A stretch of 64,000 bases of DNA from Chrysomallon squamiferum (lineage: Eukaryota; Animalia; Mollusca). Position numbers and translations under genes: made by a program. Every line of letters starts with the position of its first letter. Position 1 is the first letter of the stretch. This document shows, piece by piece, positions 48,421-62,493 of this stretch. The DNA is taken from positions 806,001 through 870,000 of the forward strand of contig CM022673.1 of the NCBI GenBank assembly GCA_012295275.1, in the 5' to 3' direction. The notes under the pieces are model-generated. The model saw nothing but the letters and a program-made list of their open reading frames with translations, was not told the origin of the DNA and did no database searches.

Positions 48421-48552
48421 ACGTACCTCCTCTTGACGATAATAATTTTGTTTTGGCAACAGAGCTGTATAAATGGGTGAAACTGAGATACACAAATCAT
48501 ACCACGGACACATTTCAAGACGTTGGAAGGAAAAGCCAAGAAGAAGTCAAAG
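48421..48552 (+). promoter_or_regulatory. Core promoter/5'UTR of gene E
   Basis: gctgTATAAAtggg at ~48468; same block as upstream of genes C and D. Confidence 0.6.
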
Positions 48553-51366
48553 ATGAAAGCCTTGTTTCTGGTCGTTGTTCTAGCAGGTTAGTTTATTGTA
48601 CATATGTGTAATGCACATCTATGACTGTATATTATTATCATTATATTTGCATCGTAGTATTAAAATTCTTATTTTAATATTAATAATTATATTTCATAAG
48701 TTACCATTCCTGTGAATAGCAGTAATGTACTACGAGAATATTGTGTTAATACAACCGTCTGACTTCATCTGCTCATTTTCGACTGTATTTACTATTGCAG
48801 TCGTGTTGTTGTTTTTTCACAAATAATAGAGTAGATAGAAAAGTGAAATTTTAGTTTTTCTGTTCTAAACCGAGTCGATTCATCTTAGATGTCACCCATA
48901 AAATCGGTTCATAAATGTTATTACTATTATTACTATTATTGTTGTTTTTATTAGTAGTAGTAGTAGTAGTAGTAGTATATTTCTTGTGCATCACAGGGAT
49001 TCTTAATAAAGAGAAATGACTCAAGATATCCTTTTGTGAACAGATTTTAATGTATCTGATGTACAACATACTGAACATATTTCTTTTTCTTTCGTTTTTT
49101 CTCCAATTTAGTTCTTACTGGATCAGCACAGTCAGAGACGACTACCTGTAAGACTTGTATTAAAGATTTCACTAATACAACTAATGCAAAAAAGTGCACG
49201 TACGTCTTTCTATTTTCATCATTTACAAACAAGTTTTTACGATGATCTGTGTATGTTTTTGCTGAAATATATATATATATATATATTAGATGTACATTTT
49301 AGATGTTATCTTTTATATTTTGAACTAATAATTCCGTGCTATTATACACAAACGCACGCACGCACGCACGCACAGATGTACAATCATACACATATACACT
49401 CTAAAACACGTATTTGTAATTATGTAACATCTGTTGATACTGACAGAACTTCACAGAGAAAATCTGACAAGCTTCTATTAAATAATTTTTCATTTCTTTC
49501 TCAGAGACGAGGCTACAACAGCTGCTACATGTCTTCTTGCTGGAACTGATGACACTTGTACTGGACAATCAGAATACACTGCTGAGAAACAGTTAAAAAG
49601 TGGCACCGACACATTGTACAACAATGCAAAAACTAAACTCTGTGGTAAAATATCATAGAAAAATTACATAAATCATTGTTTTTCCTCTTCCTTATCGTCA
49701 TCATATTAATTCTTATCAGTCATCAGATGTCCTTAAACTAATATCATTTTTTATTAAGATAACGATGCGTTTTATAATAAAAATTAAATGGAAAATAATA
49801 ATATTGTTTTCAGTAATCCTTCCCATAATCATCATCTTCATTTTTACAATCATATAGTCATGCTTGATCACGCTGTTATGACGATCATCATCATTATTAT
49901 TAAGACCATATGGTCATCATCAATTTCTTCATTACCACGATCATACTATCTTGATCATACAGTCTTGATCATCATTTTCGTTATCATGATCATACCATTA
50001 TCATCATCATCATCTTCTTCTTATTATTATTCTTTATAACGATCATGCGTCTTCTTCATCATCATCACAAACCGTTTTGATTATCCTTATCATTTTATGT
50101 TAAGTAACATACATTTTAGAATGAAAATTAAATGAAAAATAATAATATTGTTTTAAATAATCCTTCCCATAACCATCATCTTCACTTTTATGACCATATC
50201 GTCATCATGATGATGATTATTATTACGATCACATCGTTTTGATCATTCTCATCATTACTGTGATTATTTTGCGTTACAGATACTACAATAACTGCTTTGT
50301 GTTCATGTCAAGGAGAATATGCTACTAAGGTGGCTTCCAGAACAAGCACGACATCAAAGGAAACTAAATGCACGTAAGAAGATTTTATTTTACGCTGACT
50401 GTCTGTTTATTTCTTTATCTGTCTGTCTGTCTGTCTCTCTGTATGTCTGTATAATCACTATAATAATTTAAATTACTCATTTCTAAAAAATGATAATTTT
50501 TGTTTTCCCAACTCAGCGATATATAAACACACACAGAAACATTCCTACATACATATATACATACATGCATACATAAATATACACATAACAGTACGAATAA
50601 ATGCATGTAAACATGTGTGTAGTTATTGTTTCATGTGTGCCAATCACGAACACAAAATACTACAAGACATGTGTCTCTGTTATAGATGTATAAATACATA
50701 TAAGCATATTTTTTATATGGGGATGATGCTGATAAAAAACAGATAACGTTAGCTCTATTGTTTTATGTTTTCTTCATTCAGCGAAGCAAAAGCCTACAAG
50801 ATCTGTGTCTCTGAAAATGATGCCGCCATGAAAGCCTGTGATGGAACAAAAGAGCAGCCTGATATTAAAACTGAAGCCGAGGCAAACGTTACAGAATTTT
50901 GTAAGTATTAGTGTTAGCACAATTCTGTGCTGTTTTATTCATACATTCTAAATTAATAATTTATTTATATTACATTAGTCCAAAATGAAATAAGTTATTC
51001 CGAGGCAAAGGTTACAGAATTTTGTAAGTATTTATTTATTTATTATTTATTTATTTATTGATCGATTGATTTAATTAGTTTTCCACTGAAAAAGATTTCC
51101 TATCAGATAAATCTAATTTTAAAAATTAAAATAAAATCTCTTCTTAGAAATCTGATATTTATATTATAAATTAGTATATTCTATCTCAGTATATTAAACT
51201 AAGTCTTTTTTTTTAAACTGCAACACACATATCTGACTGGTTATTAAGTCATTTTCACTTTTCTGTTTTGTTTTCAGGTAATAAAGGAATCTCTGTCGTT
51301 GTTGGAGTCAAGCAGTTTCTGCTGATGATCGCTTTGACTCTGTTTCAGAACTATTTGAAATATTAA
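48553..51366 (+). CDS. Gene E: secreted, probably GPI-anchored, two-domain 12-cysteine protein (187 aa), intact
   Basis: Exons 48553-48586, 49112-49199, 49505-49644, 50280-50373, 50782-50900, 51278-51366. Spliced ORF: MKALFLVVVLAVLTGSAQSETTTCKTCIKDFTNTTNAKKCTDEATTAATCLLAGTDDTCTGQSEYTAEKQLKSGTDTLYNNAKTKLCDTTITALCSCQGEYATKVASRTSTTSKETKCTEAKAYKICVSENDAAMKACDGTKEQPDIKTEAEANVTEFCNKGISVVVGVKQFLLMIALTLFQNYLKY*. Confidence 0.9.
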
Positions 51367-51663
51367 TGTTTGTCCTGATACGTCAAACTGAAGAACTCTT
51401 TTCTCTCTGAAACTCAGAGTTTCTGTTTTGTCATCTGTTTCTAATCATGAACCAATAGACGTGTTTTGAAATTTATTTTATCCTGACCTAGCAGTAACCA
51501 AGTTTTATTTATTATACTTAAATATATATATCTAATGGATATATGAAGTGAACTGAATTCACTGAATGCTACATCCATTTTTTAATTAATGTATTTTAAA
51601 GTTTTAAGCTAGATGTGAAATAAAATATAAAATTAAATATGATTCTAGTTTCATTTCTATATA

Positions 51664-51713
<50 letters not shown>

Positions 51714-53459
51714 GTAATGTCTTTGCGTATATATATATTTTGTCTGTTTCTCTGTATGTGTATGTATGTACGGAAGTATCTTTCTGTAAGTCTCTATTTG
51801 TATATATGTGTTTTAGTGTGCATGTTTATGTAATAATAACAACAACAAAAACAAGACTCCTAGTACTGCTACTACTACTGCTACTACTACTACTACTACT
51901 ACTACTACTAGTACTAATAATAATAATAATAATAATAGTAACAACAAAATTAACAATGATAATAATTATAATAAAATTAATAATAATAAAATGTGCATTA
52001 CCAGTATTCATATCAAATGCTGGTTCTTATGTAAATTTATTCCGGTTAGGAATGTTCGTTTTTCTCCGTGTTCAACGGTCATTATAGCTCCGTAATTCAG
52101 GGGAGATAAATAACGAACTTCTATATCCCGTTTAACAGTAGTCTCCCTTCTGCATTAGAATGTAAGAAACCATAATTGTGTCTTGAGTGTCTAAATAAGT
52201 TTCGAAATAATAATAATAATAGTAATAGTAATAATAATAATAATAATAGTAATAATAATAATAATAATAATAGTAATAATAGTAATAATACCAGTAGCAA
52301 AAATTAAGCTTACATGTATCTGACATTACCCACTGCTATCATACAGTTCTGTTAAAACCGGATCGTATTACATAGAAGTGTATGGCCAGCTTTAATCGCC
52401 TATGTTTAGTTAATATTGTATCACGTGGAATCATCCTTGACCTGTATCGTGATGTTTAATGTGAGGTTTCACGTGTAATATGCCAATAGATGTTTGTATT
52501 TGTTGTCGTAACTGCACTGATTAATTTAGATAATGAATATATTTAACATGTACTGCAAATTGTAGATATCGATGAGACTCAATTACAATCTGAGCTATGT
52601 GAACATGTACAAAAATGGTTAGAGATCCATTTAAGCGGATTTTGTTTTTGTTTGTTAATTCAGTTTATGTACAAAATGCAAGAGTAGTGTATTATAAGAT
52701 AGAGGTGACATTAAATTAGTTTTAACTGATTTAATTGTTTAAGAACAAAGAATTTCAATTGCTTTACACTGTCTGCTGGCGATTAATTACCATTTCAAAT
52801 AGGTTAAAATAAAAGTAATTTTATCACAGAAAAGTTAACAGAGATTATTTTTCATTAACTTAACAAATGACCTTTCTGAATTTCAAGAGCAACAGCATGT
52901 CCAGTTTAAAAGGACAAAACAATGAAGTACAAGTCAGTGTTTTCTAAAGAAAAAGCTACAAACTAATGAATATTTCCAAATGTTTTTCTCATCTTGTCTT
53001 AATAAGATCATGTTGTATTACCGAAAATAGAATTCGAGACAGACGGACGTCGAATTATGTTTTCAGTTTCATACTAAACATTTAGCTTCTATTTGAGGAC
53101 CTTCCACATTGCATATATAAAATTTTCTTTCAGATAATAATGATTAATTTACTGCCATTGCGTTTTGATCATGTACAGATCCCGGCCTAGTGTCATTACG
53201 TCATCTTGCGACATACATTTCACGTATCGTCCGTCCGTCTATCTTTCGTTTCATCAGATTTCTTCCTCAGCTTTCTGTCACTCCTCTCTAAGACTTCGTT
53301 TTTGAGATATAAATTATCCTCTACTTTTCTCACCATTAAATATATATATATGTATGTATATAAGTATGTATGTATGTATGTATGTATGTATGTATGCGTG
53401 TATTCATACATGCATGTATGTATTTATATAAACATCTATGTTTATATGTACATACGTAC

Positions 53460-54005
53460 GTAAATTAACCTGCATGTTTATGAACTTGCATTTATGCACA
53501 GACTGACATAACTGTTTGCTGCATATGCTTTGAATATCTTTTTTAACTCAGATGTTATTCTAAAGAACCCACAGAGAAAACCTGGTTTAATATTCACTAT
53601 GTATGTGTGTATGATATTTGTGTATGCATATATGTATGTAGGTATGTGTGTATATATGTATGTATGTAAATATGTATACTGTTCATATTTTACCCAATTC
53701 ATAGAGAGGAAGAAACAAACAAAAAAGACTTACTTTATTGAGGAACCTTTTATTATTTGGGAATTAATTTAAATAAAAGTACAAGAATTTTTGTATAATT
53801 TATGTACTGAAGATTAGTACAGTTGCTCCAGGTTATTCCGACCTAACGTAATTATTATTTAAGGAATTTACTCATGCATTTTACATATATCTATCTTTGT
53901 TTGTTTGTTTGTATGTACGTATGTATGTATGTATGTATGTATGTGTATGAATAATAGATCTGTAAAATAAGATGTACAAATATGAATATTACTAGTGAAA
54001 TAATG

Positions 54006-54052
<47 letters not shown>

Positions 54053-56966
54053 TGCAGTAACTATAGATTCAAACACTGTTTGTCACTGCTATGGTTACCG
54101 TCTTTGTCACTCTAGTTGACGCTTCAGCGTTTGTTGTTATTAGATATTTATTACCTGCATTTATGCACTGACAGACATAACTCTTTACTGGATACGCTCT
54201 GAATATTTTGTTTAACTGAGATGTTATTGTAATGAACAGTTCGTTGCTAAAATACATTAAAAATAAAAGATAATTAAAAATTAAAGAAAATAAATCCACG
54301 AGAGAAGACTTTGTTTAATATTCTCTATGTATGTAGTTTAGGATTTTGAATATTCTCTGTCTTATGCACGTCTGAATAGACTCTGCACACAGACAATATT
54401 AGAGAACGGAATGGCGCAGGAGGACAAAGTCCAGTCACGACTTCACATGTATGTTTATATTTATGTATGTATGTATATATGTATGTATCTATGTATGTAT
54501 GTAAGTATGTATGTATGTATGTATGTATGTTTATGTGTATGTATGTATGTACATATGTATGTACGTACGTATGTATGTATGTATGCATGCATGCATGTAT
54601 GTATGTATGTATGTATGAATGTGTGTATTTAAGTTTGTTTGTATGTATGTTTTCTGAGGAATGTTTTATTTTTTGGAAACTGATTTTAATATACTTCTGT
54701 ATTGAAGTTTAGTACACTTGCTCCAGGTTACACCGAAGGAACCGAAATTAAAATATTAATCAGCCTTTGAAAGAAATACAGAAAACGTATTGCTTCAGTT
54801 CGCTAGCACAAAAGTATTACGTGTAAAAGAAGAACCACACGATTTTGAGTGAAATAAACGTCTCACGTGAGCGATTTTGTAAAGCTGCTTATTTAAAAAA
54901 AAAAACGCTTTTGAAGCGTGTTGCCATAAAAAATATAAATGAAAGAACACAAAACACTCTCTTGCAACTGTATTCTATCTGATCTTTTTCTCTCTATTGC
55001 GTAACGTGTCAAAAGTTCACTGTTATCTGTTTAATATTCACTGTGTATGTGTTTATCATATGTGTATGCATATATGTATCTAGGTATCTGTGTATATATG
55101 TATGTATGTATACATATTTTACCGAATTCATACAGAGGAAGAAACAAACAAAAAGATTTAGTTTATTGAGGAACATTTAATTATTTGGGAATTAATTTAA
55201 ATAAAGTACAAGAATTTCTGTACTGAAGATTACTATACTTGCTCCAGGTTATTCCGACCTAACTTAATTATTATTTAAGGAATTTAATTCAGTACACCAG
55301 TGCTGTTATCAGCCTTTGAAAGAAAAATACACAAAATGTATTGCATCAGTTCACTAGCACAAAAGTGTTACCTGTAAAGGAAAAACCCTCGATATTGAGT
55401 GAAATAAACGTCTCACATTGCATGCGATTTTTTTTAAAGCTGCTTATTTAAAAAACGCGTTTTAAGCGTGTTGCCATCAAATATCAAAGGACACTAAGCT
55501 TGGATCTATAAAAGATAAAAAATCACTATCAGTAAAAGTTAATAAAGAATATGTTCAATAAGTCATTCTTTTCTGAAAGAAATTTTTAAATATGTAGTGT
55601 CGAAGGTCCTCAGATAGAAGCTGAATGTTTACTATTAAACTCTCATATAATGTCTTTCACAATAATTTATCTCAACATGCGTTTTTCTAGATACGCTTTC
55701 TTTAATAAAATATGATCTTATTAAAAGCTGATGAGACAGAAATAAGCCAGTATATATCAGTTTGTAATTCTTCCTTTAAAATATGTTGGCTATTGCTTTT
55801 GAAATTCAGAAAGAAGAGATGTTAAGTAAACGAAATATTAATACGAAAAAGAATAGTTGTGAAAAAAATGTAGCATAGATCCCGCCACCCTTGGCATCTG
55901 TGTTTACACAGTGTCGTCCATGGGTATGAAAAATAAAAACAAAATTAGCATACTCCCGCCCCTTAACATTTCTGTTCACAGTGTCATCCATGGCTACCAT
56001 CAGTCTCAGACAATGAAGTAACTGATAGCTCCTCCCATTACTAACTCTACCATTGGTCGTTTGTTATTTTTATGAAAAGTTTGCGCATGTTCGTCACTTT
56101 TTTCCTTCAGTCAGTATTTTCGGCTAATAGAGATACTATCTGATACTTTGTTGTTTTCGTCGAATTATATTTCCTATATAAATTATATTTCAATTCATAG
56201 AGAGGAAGAAACAAAAAAAAGATTTAGTTTATTGAGGAACCTTTATTATTTGGGAATTAATTTAAATAAAGTACAAGAATTTTGTATAACTTCTATACTG
56301 AAGATTAGTACATTTGCTCCAGGTTATTCCGACCTAACTTAATTATTATTTAAGGGATTTAATTCAGTACACCAGTGCTGTTATCAGGTTTTGAAAGAAA
56401 TACACAAAACGTATTGCATCAGTTCACTAGTACAAAAGTGTTACATCTAAAGGAAAACACACGATATTGAGGTCCAAGGTGAGCGATTCTTTAAAGCTGC
56501 TTATTTTAAAACGCTTTGAAGCTTGTTGCCATCAAATATCAAATCACACTAAGCGGGAATGTACATGATAAAAACTTTCTGTCAGTAAAAAAGTTAAGTA
56601 AACGAAATATTAATACGAAAAGAACAGTTGTGAAAAAATGTAGCATAGATCCCGCCACCCCTTGGCACCTGTCTTTACACAGTGTCGTCCTTTGGCTATG
56701 AAAAAAAATAAAACGAAATTAGCATACCCCCGCCCCTTTAACATTTTGTTTACAGTGTCATCCATGGCTACCATCAGACTCAGACAATGAAGTAACTGAT
56801 AGCTGTCCCATTTTTATCTCTACCAATCGTGGTTTCTTATTTATGAAAAGTTTGCACGTTCATCACTTTTTCCTCCAGTCAGTATTTTCGCCTAATAGAG
56901 ATACCACCTGACACTTTGCTGTTTATTTACACGTTGCCAAACGATCTTTTAAACGAATTGAATATT
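53460..56966 (+). repeat. Composite repeat modules between genes E and F
   Basis: Module copies at ~54914, 55464 and 56520; 54700-55015 is the reverse complement of ~37595-37905. Confidence 0.75.
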
Positions 56967-57093
56967 ACGTACCACCTCTGACGATAATAATTTTGTTTTG
57001 GCAACAGATAATATAAATGGTTATAACTGAGATACAAATCATACCACGGACACATTTCAAGACGTTGAAGGAAAAGCCAAGAAGACGTCAAAG

Positions 57094-60000
57094 ATGAAAG
57101 CCTTGTTTCTGGTCGTTGTTCTAGCAGGTTAGTTTTATTGAACATATTTGTAATGCATCTATGACTGTATATTATCATTATATTTGCATTGTAGGATTAA
57201 AATTTTATTTTAATATTAATAATTATATTAATAAGTTATCATTCCTGTGAATAGCTGTAATTTACTACGAGAATATTTTGTTCAATACAACCGTCTGACT
57301 GCATCTGCTCATTTTCGACTCTATTTACTATTGCAGTCGTTGTTGTTTTTTTCACAAATAATAGATAGAAAAGTGAAATTTTAGTTTTTCTGTTCTAAAC
57401 CGAGTCCATTCATTTTAGATGTCACCCATAAAATCGGTTCATAAACGTTATTACTATTATTACTATTATTATTAGTAGTAGTAGTACTAGTAGTATTAGT
57501 ATTAGTATTAGTACACTTTTTGTGCATCACAGGATTTTAGTAAAGAGAAATGACTCAAGATATTGTTGTTTTTGTGAACATATTTTTTAATGTATCTGAT
57601 GTACAAACACACTGATCAATTTGATATTATTTCTTTTTCTTATTTTGTTTCTTCCAATTTAGTTCTTACTGGATCAGCACAATCAGAGACGACTACCTGT
57701 GAGCCTTCTGTATCAAAACGTCACTGGTAACTGCTGATAAGAAGTGCACGTACGTCTTTCATTTTCATCATTTACGAACATGTTTTTATGATGCTCTGTG
57801 TATGTTTCTGCTGAAATAATTATATATATATGTATAAATCGTAGGTCTTATTATCTACGTTTCTAATTTAATAATTTCCTTTTACTATAGTTATTTGTTT
57901 TTAAATGAATATGTAAAATGTCCTGTCTATACAGATAATATATTTTTCTATATAACAGAAATATCAGCATATCCTTTTGCTAAATAATAAAATAACCCTC
58001 TAAAACAAAATAAAATAAAATAAAATAAAATAAATTGTTCATGAATTATTATGTATGTACATTTTAGATGCCATCGTTTATATTTTGTACTAATAATTCG
58101 CGCTATTATACAGAAACGCACGCAACTTAATGCACAGATGTACAAGCATACACATATACACGCCAAAACACGTATTGGTAATATGTAACATCTGTTCATA
58201 CCTGGACAGAAATTCACAGAGAAAATCCAACAAGCTTCTATTAAATAATTTTTCATTTCTTTATCAGAGCGGTTACAACAGCTACATGTCTTTCTTGCTG
58301 GAACTGATGCCACTTTGTACTGGACAATCAACCAACACTGCTGAAAAACAGTTAAAAGATGGCACCGACACAGTGTACAAAATATCACAAACTAAAACAT
58401 GTGGTAAAAATATCATAGACAAATTACATAAATCATAGTTTTTCCTCTTTACTTATCGTCATCATATTAAGTCTTTATCAGTCATCAGATGTCCTTTAAA
58501 CTAATATCATTTTGTTAAGATAACAATGCGTTTTATAATGAAAATTAAATGGAAAATAATAATATTGTTTTCTTGAATCCTCATAATCATCATCTTCAGC
58601 TCACAATCACATAGTCATGCCATCACGCTGTTATGACGATCATCACTGGCTATTTATTAAGCATCTCATATGGTCATCATAATTTCACATCTTGATCATA
58701 CCGTCTTGGATCATTATTGCTGACTATGAATATACTGTTAATACTCATCATCATTTTCTTCTTCTTCTTCTTTATAATGGATCATGCGTCTTCGCCACAT
58801 TATCATCTCAAACCGTTTTATTTATCCTTATCATTTTATGTTAAGTAACAATTTTATAAGAATATTGTGAATGAAAAATTATAATAGTTGTTTTCAGTAT
58901 TCTCCTTCTCCTATAATCACTACTCACTCTCTATGATGATGATGACTATTATTATCACACCGTTTTGATCATTCTCATCATCACTGCTATTATTATTTTG
59001 TTACAGATCCTGAATAACTGATTTGTGTTCATGTCAAGGAGAATATGCTACTAAGGTATTTCAGAACAAGCTCCAACATCAAAGGAAACCAAATGCGTAA
59101 GAAGATTTTAATTTACGCTGACTGTCTGTTTATTTCTTTTTCTGTCTGTCTATCTCTGTATATCTGTATAATACATACTATAATAATTTAAATTGCTAAT
59201 TTCTAAAAAATGATAATTTTGTTTTCCCAATGCCATGATATATAAACACACACAGAAACATTCCTAAACATACATATATACATACATACATATATACATA
59301 CATACATACATACATACATACATTATACATACATACATATATCTAACTGTACGAATAAATGCATGTTAACATCGGTGTGTGTGGAAGTTGTTATTGTTTC
59401 ATGTGTGCTGTGATCACGAACACAAAATACTACCAAGACATGTCTCTGTTATATATTTTGTATATGGGGATGTTGCTGATAAAAAAAACAGATAATGTTA
59501 GCTGGTATTGTTTCATGTTTTCTTCATCCTTGAGCAAAAGCCTACAAGACCTGTGTAGCTTTGGAAAAGATGCCGCCATGAAAGCCTGTGATGAAAAACA
59601 CTGCAGCCTGCTGTGAAAATCCGGAAGCCGAGGCAGGTTGCAGGCAGAATGTAGCATTAGTGTTACCCATAATTCTGTGCTGTTTTATTCATACATCTAA
59701 ATTAATAATTTATTTATATTACATTAACCAAAATGAAAAGTTATTTAGTTCAGGAAAAAGGCTTACATAATTTTCTAAGTATTTTATTTATTTATTATTT
59801 TATGTATTTACTGATGATTGATTTATTTTGTTTTCACCTGCAAAAATTTCTTGTCAGATAAGTATAGTTTTAAAAATTTAAAATAAAATCTGATATTTAA
59901 ATTGTAAATTAGCATGCCATCTCAGTATATTAAACTAAGTCTTTTTTTTTTTTTTAATCTGCAAACACGTAACTGGACTGGTTATTAAGTCATTTTCACG

Positions 60001-60117
60001 TTTCTGTTTTCAGGTGTCTAAGAGAATCAAGATAACGCAGGAGTTTTGTCGTTGCTGGAGCCGCAGTTTCTTATGAGATCGCTTTTGGCTCTGTTTCGAA
60101 ATATTTTGAAATATTAA
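57094..60117 (+). pseudogene. Gene F: paralogue of D/E with many small indels (apparent pseudogene; more likely low-accuracy contig end)
   Basis: Exon homologues at 57094-57127 (intact MKALFLVVVLA), 57663-57749, 58268-58403, 59007-59096, ~59533-59650 and 60014-60117. Frameshifts occur from exon 2 onward, and scattered small indels also occur in the introns leading up to the N gap. Confidence 0.75.
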
Positions 60118-60467
60118 TGTTTCTCCTATATACGTCAAACTGACGAACTCTTTTTCTCAGTGAAACTCAGAGTTTCTGTTTGTCATCTGTTTCTTAATCA
60201 CTTGAACCATCAGACGTGTTTTGTGTTCTATTTTATCCTGACCTAGCAGTAAATCAAAGTTTTATTTATTATGCTTTAAATACATATGGATATGTGAAGT
60301 GAACTGAATTCACTGAATGCTGCATCCACCTTATTTAATGTATTTTTTAGTTTTGAGCTAGATGTGAAATAAAATATAAAATTAAATATGATTCTATTTC
60401 ATTTCTATATAATTCTTCTTCTCCTTCTTCTTCTTTTTCTTACATATTATTATTATATAATGTCTTT

Positions 60468-60508
<41 letters not shown>

Positions 60509-60642
60509 GTCTGTCTCTCTGTATGTATGTATTGCGTAGTATCTTTCTGAACCCTTGTTTTGGCAGGTTTGTTTTAGAGTGTGCATGTTTATGTAATAAT
60601 GTAACCACAAAACAAGACTCCTAGAACTGCTACTACTACAAT

Positions 60643-60693
<51 letters not shown>

Positions 60694-60707
60694 CATAATA
60701 ATAATAA

Positions 60708-60907
60708 NNNNNNNNNNNNNNNNNNNNNNNNNNNNNNNNNNNNNNNNNNNNNNNNNNNNNNNNNNNNNNNNNNNNNNNNNNNNNNNNNNNNNNNNNNNNN
60801 NNNNNNNNNNNNNNNNNNNNNNNNNNNNNNNNNNNNNNNNNNNNNNNNNNNNNNNNNNNNNNNNNNNNNNNNNNNNNNNNNNNNNNNNNNNNNNNNNNNN
60901 NNNNNNN
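60708..60907. other. Assembly gap (200 N)
   Basis: Run of N of round length, typical of a scaffolding placeholder. Confidence 0.99.
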
Positions 60908-61094
60908 TTTACGCTGACTGTCTGTTTATTTCTTTTTCTGTCTGTCTATCTCTGTATATCTGTATAACCACTATAATAATTTAAATTGCTAATTTCTAAA
61001 AAATGATAATTTTCGTTTTCCCAACTCAGCGATATATAAACACACACAGAAACATTCCTACATACATATATACATACATACATATATACATACA

Positions 61095-61127
<33 letters not shown>

Positions 61128-61307
61128 CTAACTGTACGAATAAATGCATGTACACATCGTGTGTGTAGTTGTTATTGTTTCATGTGTGCTTAATCACGAA
61201 CACAAAATACTACAAGACATGTGTCTCTGTTATATTTTGTATATGGGGATGTTGCTGATAAAAAACAGATAATGTTAGCTGTATTGTTTCATGTTTTCTT
61301 CATTCAG

Positions 61308-61901
61308 CGAAGCAAAAGCCTACAAGACCTGTGTAGCTGGAAAAGATGCCGCCATGAAAGCCTGTGATGGAAAAACACTGCAGCCTGCTATTAAAACTGA
61401 AGCCGAGGCAAAGGTTACAGAATTATGTAAGTATTAGTGTTACCATAATTCTGTGCTGTTTTATTCATACATTCTAAATTAATAATTTATTTATATTACA
61501 TTAGTCCAAAATGAAAGAAGTTATTTATTCCAAGGAAAAGGTTACATAATTTTCTAAGTATTTATTTATTTATTATTTATGTATTTACTGATCGATTGAT
61601 TTATTTTGTTTTCCACTGCAAAAAATTTCTTGTCAGATAAGTATAGTTTTAAAAATTAAAATAAAATCTGATATTTAAATTGTAAATTAGTATATGCCAT
61701 CTCAGTATATTAAACTAAGTCTTTTTTTTTTTTTTTAATCTGCAACACACGTAACTGACTGGTTATTAAGTCATTTTCACGTTTCTGTTTTCAGGTGTTC
61801 AAGAGAATCAAGATAACGCAGGAGTTTCTGTCGTTGTTGGAGTCAAGCAGTTTCTTATGATGATCGCTTTGGCTCTGTTTCAGAAATATTTGAAATATTA
61901 A
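61308..61901 (+). CDS. Gene G (partial): exons 5-6 of a family member; 5' part lost at the assembly gap
   Basis: Exon 5 at 61308-61426 (EAKAYKTCVAGKDAAMKACDGKTLQPAIKTEAEAKVTEL) and exon 6 at 61795-61901 (CVQENQDNAGVSVVVGVKQFLMMIALALFQKYLKY*). Frame and GT-AG sites are intact. Confidence 0.85.
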
Positions 61902-62250
61902 TGTTTCTCCTTATACGTCAAACTGACGAACTCTTTTCTCAGTGAAACTCAGAGTTTCTGTTTTGTCATCTGTTTCTAATCATGAACCAATAGACGTGTT
62001 TTGAAATTTATTTTATCCTGACCTAGCAGTAACCAAGTTTTATTTATTATACTTAAATATATATATAATGGATATATGAAGTGAACTGAATTCACTGAAT
62101 GCTACATCCACTTTTTAATTAATGTATTTTATAGTTTTGAGCTAGATGTGAAATAAAATATAAAATTAAATATGATTCTAGTTTCATTTCTATATAATTC
62201 TTCTTCTCCTTCTTCTTCTTCTTATTATTATTATTATATAATGTCTTTGC

Positions 62251-62302
<52 letters not shown>

Positions 62303-62442
62303 TGTCTGTCTCTCTGTATGTATGTATGTACGTATGTAAGTATCTTTCTGAAACCCTATGTTTGTATATGTCTGTTTTAGTGTGCATGTTTATGTAATAA
62401 TAACAACCACAAAACAAGACTCCTAGAACTGCTACTACTACA

Positions 62443-62493
<51 letters not shown>

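Larger units (their letters stand above)
48215..53340 (+). repeat. Right arm of large inverted segmental duplication (contains gene E); also directly repeated from ~56760 to ~63795
   Basis: Matches 39720-45130 inverted, and the F/G region in direct orientation (ATG to ATG distance 8541 bp). Confidence 0.9.

Noticed and set aside
57094-60117. Gene F as evidence of true birth-and-death pseudogenisation or hypermutation
   Set aside because: The indel pattern in both exons and introns, the position at a contig end, and a clean duplicate just after the gap favour sequencing error.
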